A DNA stretch of 41,441 bases, from positions 1 to 41,441 of IMG/VR virus record IMGVR_UViG_3300019487_000013; one strand, written 5' to 3'. The notes under the pieces are model-generated. The model did not search any database, had not been told where the DNA came from, and saw nothing but the letters and a program-made list of their open reading frames with translations. The position numbers and the translations under genes are program-made. The DNA comes from a virus. Shown here piece by piece: positions 35,557 to 41,441 of this stretch; position 1 is the first letter of the stretch, and each line of letters opens with the position of its first letter.

Positions 35557-36302
35557 GCGCCCCCACGAACCACAGCACCAAGGTCCTGCGCGTCCCGCAC
35601 GAGTGTTGTTCCAAGTGCGGTGGCTGCGCTCTCTGCACGGTCGCCCACTTGCCAGGCTGCAAGCTCAAAAGGGAAGTGCCAGCGGTCGAGGGCCTATCGA
35701 AGCAATCCCATCGGCGCGAGCGTGAACGCAGAGCCAGGGTTGTGTGCTTGATGGCCCTGGCTCTTTTCTCTTTCGTCGGCTGCGCCGGCTACGTATGGCC
35801 GATCCGACCACCGACGCCAGCCCCGGCTCCGACGCCGGAGCCAACGCCAATGCCCGCCCCGACGCCAACCCCGGCACCCCCGGCACCGGCACCGACGCCA
35901 CAGCCTATGCCGGCTCCGGATCCCACCCCGGAGCCCGCTCCGGGGCAGTGCCCACCGGATGCACCACCGCTGGCCGAGATGAAGGTCAACTGCGGCAAGT
36001 TCAGCCGCATCGTCTGTGACGTCACGGCTCGTGTGCAGTCGCGCGAGTGGTGCGCGACGACGGGCAGGCCGGAGCAAATCTACTGCCCCTACGGGCCGGA
36101 CGAGACGGCGCTACGCCTCTCCTGTGAGCGGGAACGCTCGCAGCCGATCTACTGGGTCCACCAGGGCCGGGTTTGCGACGACGAAAATTCGATCTGTTTT
36201 CCGCACCCCGAGCCCACCAAGGTATTCCTCGCCATCGATGCGCGCGGGGTGATCCGGGCATGCTCGCCGAGCGGCGTCTGCGGGACGGCGGTGTTGCCAT
36301 GA
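35553..36302 (+). CDS. Lipoprotein/anchored protein with Pro-rich linker and Cys-rich C-terminal domain
   Basis: The GTGA overlap is followed by an internal RRERERRAR plus hydrophobic stretch plus lipobox (LALFSFVGC). Then come a roughly 50-aa PTPAP linker and a domain with 10 Cys. Alternative starts are 35742 and 35751. Confidence 0.55.
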   Translation: MSAPTNHSTKVLRVPHECCSKCGGCALCTVAHLPGCKLKREVPAVEGLSKQSHRRERERRARVVCLMALALFSFVGCAGYVWPIRPPTPAPAPTPEPTPMPAPTPTPAPPAPAPTPQPMPAPDPTPEPAPGQCPPDAPPLAEMKVNCGKFSRIVCDVTARVQSREWCATTGRPEQIYCPYGPDETALRLSCERERSQPIYWVHQGRVCDDENSICFPHPEPTKVFLAIDARGVIRACSPSGVCGTAVLP

Positions 36303-36455
36303 GGGCCGAGCTGGTACCGCCCTGCACGCTGCGTGCGGTGCTCTCAATCCTGGCTCTCCTCGCCGCCCTCCTGGGCGCTGCGGTGCTGCCCGGTTGCAGC
36401 TCGCTCGGCTCGGCAACGTGCTTCGTACCGGAAACGACGGCGAGAGGAGAGCCCC
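36299..36455 (+). CDS. Lipoprotein signal-peptide ORF with unresolved 3' end
   Basis: The ATGA overlap leads into MRAELVPPCTLRAVLSILALLAALLGAAVLPGC, a strong lipoprotein signal. GC3 support for this frame is lost after about 36450, and there is no in-frame stop until 37072. Confidence 0.35.
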
Positions 36456-36914
36456 GTGGGACTGAGGGAACGGTGGCGCCAGGTCCAGGTAGGCCTCACG
36501 GCCATCAGGGCCTGGGATCGCCTGAAGAAGGAGGCCGCGATGCGAGGACTCAAGGTGGCGCTCACGTCGTTCTCGGGGATGTTCCTCACGTATGCGATGG
36601 GGGAGATCCTGCGCGCCTGTCCGTCTCTGGTGGCGCAGGTCGACACGATCGTGGGCGCCGGGATGATCGCAGCTGTTGGCTTCTGGCTGAAGCGCCCCGT
36701 GGGACTGAGGGACGCGAGCTGGAAGCTGCTGTTGCTGGGGAGCGTGAGCGCGGGCTGGGTGGCGCTCCGCCAGGCCTTCGGCGACGCCTGCCCAGCGATC
36801 GCCGCCAACTGGTGGGGGTTCCTGTCGAGCCTGGCCTTGGGCGGACTCACTCTGTTCATCAAGAGCCCGCAGGAGAGCAGCAAGAGCCCGCAGGAGAGCA
36901 GCTCCGCCGCGTAG
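36456..36914 (+). CDS. Multi-pass membrane protein (holin-like by position)
   Basis: AGGAG at 36445-36449 lies upstream of the GTG at 36456, and GAAGGAGG lies upstream of an alternative ATG at 36540. There are about four hydrophobic helices. The C-terminal KSPQESS is duplicated. Confidence 0.55.
   Translation: MGLRERWRQVQVGLTAIRAWDRLKKEAAMRGLKVALTSFSGMFLTYAMGEILRACPSLVAQVDTIVGAGMIAAVGFWLKRPVGLRDASWKLLLLGSVSAGWVALRQAFGDACPAIAANWWGFLSSLALGGLTLFIKSPQESSKSPQESSSAA
36861..36902 (+). repeat. 21-bp perfect tandem duplication
   Basis: AAGAGCCCGCAGGAGAGCAGC occurs at 36861-36881 and 36882-36902, encoding KSPQESS twice. Confidence 0.95.
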
Positions 36915-37037
36915 GTGTGCAGATCGCCTCCCTCGGGCCGAGGCATCCGGCCAGGAGCCCACCCTGCTCCTTGGCCTTGGGGACCATGGGTTCCCTGGCC
37001 GGAGGCCTCCGCTCGGGGGAGGACGAGGTAGGGGAGA

Positions 37038-37061
37038 TACGGGTACGGGTACGGGTACGGG
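37038..37061 (+). repeat. (TACGGG)x4 hexanucleotide repeat / G-quadruplex motif
   Basis: Four perfect units give GGG-TAC-GGG-TAC-GGG-TAC-GGG, with a further GGGG at 37031-37034. The repeat ends 1 nt before the GTG of the first HNH gene. Confidence 0.9.
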
Positions 37062-37062
37062 C

Positions 37063-37524
37063 GTGCCCGTGACGCATTGTAAGACGGCGGGCTGCGGGGC
37101 ACGCATCCCCCTATTCGACGATCGCTGTGGGCGCTGTGCCACGCAGTATGGGGGCAGGCGAGGACGCAGGACCTGGCGCACATCGGGGCGTCCATCTGGC
37201 TGGAAGACCACCCGAGCCAGGGTGCTCGAGGAGGAGCCGCACTGTTACCGATGCGGTCGTCCTGGGGAGGATGCGGACCAGGTCGATCACGTCGGTACCT
37301 CCGAGCGCCGGAACCTGCGACGCGTATGCCTACCCTGCCACCGTGCGAAAACACATGAAGAGGGGCTTCGCGCCCAGCGGCGGGGGGGGGTAGGTCGTTT
37401 TTCTGCCCATGAAAGGAGTGGCGACGTACTCCTCGAGGAGGCTTCCGCGGCCGCGCGCTACCGCCTCGATCACCTGAGCGACCGCCCTCCCGCGCGTCGG
37501 CCGTTGGAGCCCCGAGCATCGTGA
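37063..37524 (+). CDS. HNH endonuclease (paralogue 1)
   Basis: W..TRARVLEEEPHCYRCGRPGEDADQVDHV....RRNLRRVCLPCHRAKT is an H-N-H motif with flanking Cys pairs. A G9 run at 37382-37390 lies just after the domain. Confidence 0.8.
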   Translation: MPVTHCKTAGCGARIPLFDDRCGRCATQYGGRRGRRTWRTSGRPSGWKTTRARVLEEEPHCYRCGRPGEDADQVDHVGTSERRNLRRVCLPCHRAKTHEEGLRAQRRGGVGRFSAHERSGDVLLEEASAAARYRLDHLSDRPPARRPLEPRAS

Positions 37525-37892
37525 AGACGCACTGCGCGACGCAGGGGTGCCGGGCGCTCGTGCCGCTCTTCGATCGCTACTGTGCGGAGCACGGCAAGAG
37601 CCGAGGTGGGCCCCGGGGCAAGTACCTCCGCTTCCAGTTCTCGGGAAGGCCCGTCGGCTCGCGCTGGCGCCGCCTGCGGGCGGCCGTGCTGGCGGATGAG
37701 CCCGTGTGCCGAGTCTGCCGACGAGCGCCGGCCACCGAAGTCGATCACGTTCGCCCGCGTTTCGAGGGAGGAGACGAGCGTAGGGAGAACCTTCAGGGGG
37801 TCTGTAAGCCCTGCCATCGCAGAAAGACGGGCGCGGAGGGAGCGCGTGCAAAGAGGGCCTACCGGGCGGTAGGTCAGAAGCAAGAGGCTTAA
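37521..37892 (+). CDS. HNH endonuclease (paralogue 2)
   Basis: RWRRLRAAVLADEPVCRVCRRAPATEVDHVRP......RENLQGVCKPCHRRKT. The N-terminal THCATQGCRALVPLFDRYC parallels THCKTAGCGARIPLFDDRC of paralogue 1. Confidence 0.8.
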   Translation: MKTHCATQGCRALVPLFDRYCAEHGKSRGGPRGKYLRFQFSGRPVGSRWRRLRAAVLADEPVCRVCRRAPATEVDHVRPRFEGGDERRENLQGVCKPCHRRKTGAEGARAKRAYRAVGQKQEA

Positions 37893-37936
37893 AAACAATG
37901 GGTTACAGGTGAGAGATTTTTCTGTGTAAAAAGAGG
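37891..37936. other. AT-rich island (about 35 percent GC by hand count)
   Basis: AAAAACAATGGGTTACAGGTGAGAGATTTTTCTGTGTAAAAAGAGG stands out in an otherwise high-GC genome. It contains GTTACA-N17-TGTAAA, which reads as a weak promoter on either strand. Confidence 0.7.
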
Positions 37937-38012
37937 CCCAGGGAGAGGGATCCCCACTTCACGCGCGCAGCCATAATTCAAGTGTCCCTGGGGGTGGCCA
38001 AAAAGCCGGGGG

Positions 38013-38495
38013 GTGCTCGAGCTGCTCGATGGCGGCCCCTGGGCCCTCTCGGCCGAGGGCGCCCACGTCCTGCGGGAGGCCGTCGCGGCGATGCGCTCGC
38101 CGCGCGCGAGGGCCCCGAAATTCGGAGCGAAATTCGGAGCGGTGGAGGAAGTGGCGCAGACATTCGAAATAGTTGAGGGCGTGTTTGACGGAGACGAGGA
38201 GGTCACGGTGCGCTCGTGGCCCGGCGGCTCCGTAGAGAAAAGCGTCCTCATCGGCTTCTCCTGGCGCAATGGCGCACTGAATGACAAGACCTTCTTGCTC
38301 CGGCACAAGGTCGGCTCCATCTACTCCGGCGGTCATCAGGAAACCGTGATTGCTGGGGAAACAGCTCGAGGCTACGTCGCCGGCATGCTGGGGATGGATG
38401 CTTCGGGTGAAGAAATCGTCGTGACCCTGGGCACGGGCCAGACCGGAACCGATCGTTGGCAGGCCATCTTCCTTGATCACCTGCCCGACTCATGA
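38013..38495 (+). CDS. Hypothetical protein
   Basis: 160 aa with a GTG start and high GC3 in this frame, unlike the antisense ORFs. It contains a 12-bp tandem duplication (KFGAKFGA). Confidence 0.5.
   Translation: MLELLDGGPWALSAEGAHVLREAVAAMRSPRARAPKFGAKFGAVEEVAQTFEIVEGVFDGDEEVTVRSWPGGSVEKSVLIGFSWRNGALNDKTFLLRHKVGSIYSGGHQETVIAGETARGYVAGMLGMDASGEEIVVTLGTGQTGTDRWQAIFLDHLPDS
38117..38140 (+). repeat. 12-bp perfect tandem duplication (GAAATTCGGAGC x2)
   Basis: 38117-38128 equals 38129-38140. Confidence 0.95.
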
Positions 38496-38505
38496 GGGGC
38501 TAAGC

Positions 38506-40245
38506 ATGGGCCACTGGGGCCACTGGATCCGGACCTTCCTCGTAGCCGGAGGGCTGCTCTGCGGCCTGGCTCCCATTACGGGCGCCCAGGGGCTTGCTCC
38601 TGGGCAGGGGATGTATCGGGAGGATTCCGCGCACTCGGATGGCCACTATGGCGTCTTCAGCCTTGCGGTGCGGCGTGCCATCGGCTCCGGACTTTGCGGC
38701 ACCGATGGCGACTACTGCGCGATGCAGGTGGACGCCAATGGTGCGCTCCAAGTCGTCTTCGCAAACACGACGATTGCGGCGACTCAGTCCGGGGGCTGGA
38801 GTGTAGGCCAGTCGGGGACATGGACGGTCCAGCCCGGGAACGCGGCCAACACTACCCCCTGGCTAGTCCGCCATTCCGACGGCTCGAACAACACTCCGAT
38901 AGGGGATGCCGTTGGCCGTGCCATCTACTTCCGCTTGACGGACGGTGCTGACAACGCAGCCATCAACGTTTCGGGTCACGTGCTCGTGGACATTGCATCG
39001 ATCTCGGCCAACAGCGGCTACGTCCCTACCCAAGACCTCGAAAGCCTGCCAGACGACGGGGCCTTTTCGCCGGTCCTAGATCGCGTCTTCCCAATGGGAG
39101 CATTCGCCGACGATTCGGCTCCGGATGCCGTTAATGAGGGTGACATCGGCGCGCCCCGCATGTCCTTGCGCCGCGAGCTCTACATCCAGTTGCGGGACGC
39201 GGCCGGAAACGAGAGAGGGGCAAACGTCAACGCGTCCAACGCGCTGCTCACCGCGCAGACTGGAGCCCTGCCGGCGGGTACGAACAACATAGGGGACGTC
39301 GATGTTGTTAGCTCCGCCCTACCGACCGGGGCTTCTACTCTGGCCGAGCAGCAGACGCAGACCGTCAATCAGAGCACCATCATCGGCCACGTCGATGGAG
39401 TCGAGGGTCTGCTAACGACGATAGACGCCGATACCTCGGCTCTGGCCGGAACGGTCTATACCGAGGGTGACACTGACACCACCATCTCTGGCCGGGCGAT
39501 CTTGGTCGAAGGCCCGAGCGATACCGTGGTTTCACCTCGTGCGCGGGATCTCAACAGCGGCGCGGGTGTCGAAAACTACCTTGGCGTTCAACTGCTGATT
39601 CCTGGCGGGAGCGGGCCCACCGAACTCGGGACCGCGGCCGGAACGCCGATGACCGTAACAGGTATCTCGTCCAAGGATGGCACCTATGGTGCCTCATTCC
39701 TTCGGACGCTCCCTGCCATTTCTACGGCAGCCGCACCCAGCTACACCGAGGACCGATCAAACCCACTCTCGACCGATCTGGCCGGAAACACCAGGGTTGC
39801 GGATGCGGCAGCTCAGGCATCCCTATCCGTGATCGACGATTGGGACGAGAGCGACCGAGCAAAGGTCAATCCCATCGTTGGCCAGGCCGGAGTCCAGGGC
39901 GGAGCCGGTGCCGTAAGCGCCACGACGCAACGAGTAGCCCTTGCGACGGATGCCAACGTGGTAGATCGGCGAGCCGTCACCACGGCAAGCGATCCTGGGA
40001 GTTGCGTAACCGTGGACACGTCAAGCGATACGATCCTAGCCAGTAACGCGGATCGTCGAGGAGCAACCATCCTGAACACTGGCAGTGTCACGGTGTTCAT
40101 GAAGTTCGGGGCCACAGCGACTACAGCCGCGTTTCCAGTGGCTGCGGGTGGTGTCTACAACATGATCGGGCCCGCCATCTATACCGGGGTGATCGATGGC
40201 ATTACGGCCTCCTCCTCGGCCTCGGTCTGCAAGGTGGAGTGGTAG
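38506..40245 (+). CDS. Large beta-rich protein with N-terminal signal peptide
   Basis: 579 aa from the ATG at 38506. MGHWGHWIRTFLVAGGLLCGLAPITGAQG is signal-like. The rest is Gly/Thr/Ala/Asn/Asp-rich with motifs ALPAGTNNIGDVDV and TQRVALATDANVV, and the C-terminal domain looks like a jelly-roll. Confidence 0.6.
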   Translation: MGHWGHWIRTFLVAGGLLCGLAPITGAQGLAPGQGMYREDSAHSDGHYGVFSLAVRRAIGSGLCGTDGDYCAMQVDANGALQVVFANTTIAATQSGGWSVGQSGTWTVQPGNAANTTPWLVRHSDGSNNTPIGDAVGRAIYFRLTDGADNAAINVSGHVLVDIASISANSGYVPTQDLESLPDDGAFSPVLDRVFPMGAFADDSAPDAVNEGDIGAPRMSLRRELYIQLRDAAGNERGANVNASNALLTAQTGALPAGTNNIGDVDVVSSALPTGASTLAEQQTQTVNQSTIIGHVDGVEGLLTTIDADTSALAGTVYTEGDTDTTISGRAILVEGPSDTVVSPRARDLNSGAGVENYLGVQLLIPGGSGPTELGTAAGTPMTVTGISSKDGTYGASFLRTLPAISTAAAPSYTEDRSNPLSTDLAGNTRVADAAAQASLSVIDDWDESDRAKVNPIVGQAGVQGGAGAVSATTQRVALATDANVVDRRAVTTASDPGSCVTVDTSSDTILASNADRRGATILNTGSVTVFMKFGATATTAAFPVAAGGVYNMIGPAIYTGVIDGITASSSASVCKVEW

Positions 40246-40248
40246 GCA

Positions 40249-41133
40249 ATGGCTTTGACCATCCGTCGAGATCTCGTCCCATTGCTTCTCTTTCTGGCTT
40301 GGCTGACGGGGGCTGGCTACGTGCTGTCGCAGGGCTATACGCCACCTGCCAGCGGGGGCAGTGGCGCGCCGACCGATGCCGAATACGTAGTCGGTGCATC
40401 GAACGGATCGCTCAGTGCGGAGCGTGTAGGCACCGACACCGAAACGCACGATTGGGACTTCGGCACCTCCGGCCAGGCGCTGATCAAGAGCATTGCGGGT
40501 CCGCGCCCATCGGACAGCCGCTGGTTCTATTGCCATCCAAAGACTGGCACCGTGTCCTGTGTGGGCGTCTCACACTACCAAGAAGGAACATGGACCAACG
40601 GAACCCCGGATAGCGTGGATGGCTTGTATATAGACGGTGCAACTGCTGCCAGCACAGGTAACGTAATGCTCGTTGGGACAGGGGACCTCACTGCTTACGG
40701 GGCTTCCGATTGGTACTACGAGGTCAAGATCAGGCTCGAGCAGACGACAAATCAACGCATTGCCCTCGGCTATGCAAGCTGCGCCTCCAGCACGGCCGCG
40801 ACCGCGTCCGCCGACCCGACTTGTCATCTTGCGTGGCTCAGGGCCGACACTTCGGCATCGGACACGACCTGGCAGAGCGTGACCAACGACAACTCCGGCG
40901 GTGGAACAGTCTCCGATACCGGAGTCACCATCGACACGAACGCGGTCGTCTTTCGGATCAAGCGCACGGGAAGCAACGTCTACTTCTACAGCGGCAGCTC
41001 TAGCACTCCAGTGACCACGCACACGACGAACCTGCCAGGGGCCGGAGCCATGTGGGTCTATAACGTAGTGCGCACTCTTGCGGATGAAGCGAAGAGCGTG
41101 AGGATCTCCTACTTCTACGGAGAGGTCCAGTGA
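40249..41133 (+). CDS. Fibre/receptor-binding-like protein with N-terminal hydrophobic signal
   Basis: 294 aa. LVPLLLFLAWLTGAGYVLSQG is signal-like. APTDAEYVVGASNGSLSAERV is a motif recurrent in phage fibre-like proteins. The C-terminal domain looks like a jelly-roll. Confidence 0.55.
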   Translation: MALTIRRDLVPLLLFLAWLTGAGYVLSQGYTPPASGGSGAPTDAEYVVGASNGSLSAERVGTDTETHDWDFGTSGQALIKSIAGPRPSDSRWFYCHPKTGTVSCVGVSHYQEGTWTNGTPDSVDGLYIDGATAASTGNVMLVGTGDLTAYGASDWYYEVKIRLEQTTNQRIALGYASCASSTAATASADPTCHLAWLRADTSASDTTWQSVTNDNSGGGTVSDTGVTIDTNAVVFRIKRTGSNVYFYSGSSSTPVTTHTTNLPGAGAMWVYNVVRTLADEAKSVRISYFYGEVQ

Positions 41134-41138
41134 TCCGA

Positions 41139-41156
41139 CGACACCACTTGGTGTCG
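41139..41156 (+). terminator. Hairpin after the 40249..41133 gene
   Basis: CGACACC-ACTT-GGTGTCG starts 6 nt after the stop. No U tract follows. Confidence 0.3.
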
Positions 41157-41180
41157 CTGACAGTGGAGTTTCAAGACTAA

Positions 41181-41372
41181 ATGACCTGGTCGCGCTGGTG
41201 GTGGTGGCTTCTCGACGCGGGGGCCGCAGTGCCTCCCGAGGAGCATCTTCTACCAAACCGTCCGTGTACCACAGCCAGAGCCCAAGTCACCGAGCGTGGC
41301 GTAGAGGCGATCCTAATCCTGCGCACGGTTGCGGCCCAGGTGACAGACCGCACGGTCGAAGGGGTGTGCTAG
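41181..41372 (+). CDS. Hypothetical small ORF (runs into the terminal repeat)
   Basis: 63 aa and Trp-rich (SRWWWWLL) with moderate GC3. Weak support. Confidence 0.25.
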   Translation: MTWSRWWWWLLDAGAAVPPEEHLLPNRPCTTARAQVTERGVEAILILRTVAAQVTDRTVEGVC

Positions 41373-41441
41373 GTGGGCGAACCTCACAAGGTCAGGGAAG
41401 GGCACACCGATGAGCTTGAGTGGGTTCTCTCGGTGGATGGC
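41319..41441. repeat. Direct terminal repeat, copy 2
   Basis: Exact copy of 1..123. Confidence 0.95.

Noticed and set aside
4707-38140. A CRISPR array among the tandem repeats.
   Set aside because: All repeats are 2-4 directly abutting units without spacers, and most lie inside coding sequence.

Overview
The window is a complete, high-GC temperate tailed-phage genome. Its first 123 bases are repeated exactly at the end (1..123 = 41319..41441), so the unique unit is 41318 bp, either circular or terminally redundant.

Gene order on the + strand:
- Packaging and head genes: small terminase (P27-like), large terminase, HK97-type portal, S49-type prohead protease, HK97-type major capsid with an N-terminal coiled-coil domain.
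- Connector and tail-completion genes, major tail protein, and a tail assembly chaperone pair joined by a GGGAAAA -1 slippery site.
- A 1211-aa tape measure, a roughly 1000-aa tail hub/host-specificity protein with a LamG-like C-terminus, and a tail fibre.
- Two accessory genes next to the attachment site.

Lysogeny region:
- attP is marked by the 3' 45 nt of a tRNA-Pro(UGG) gene, bracketed by a perfect 23-bp direct repeat.
- A tyrosine integrase, a secreted-protein moron and a small HTH repressor-like gene lie on the - strand.
- These face a rightward early operon across a switch region with a near-consensus sigma70 promoter and clustered GCGAC/GTCGC palindromes.

Rightward early and late functions:
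- The early operon includes an Xis/AlpA-like gene, a ParB-like gene, a PD-(D/E)XK nuclease and a putative replication protein containing iteron-like repeats.
- It is followed by a seven-gene translationally coupled lysis/envelope cassette, two tandem HNH endonuclease paralogues and an AT-rich island.
- A lower-GC module of signal-peptide-bearing beta-rich proteins then sits just upstream of the terminase genes.

Other notable points are several short in-frame tandem duplications, a G-quadruplex motif, long poly-G tracts, two genes with apparent +1 frame breaks and an HNH relic.

I found no reverse transcriptase, CRISPR array, complete tRNA or recognisable defence system. All product calls rest on motif recognition by eye. 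No database search was run, and many early genes have no assignable function.
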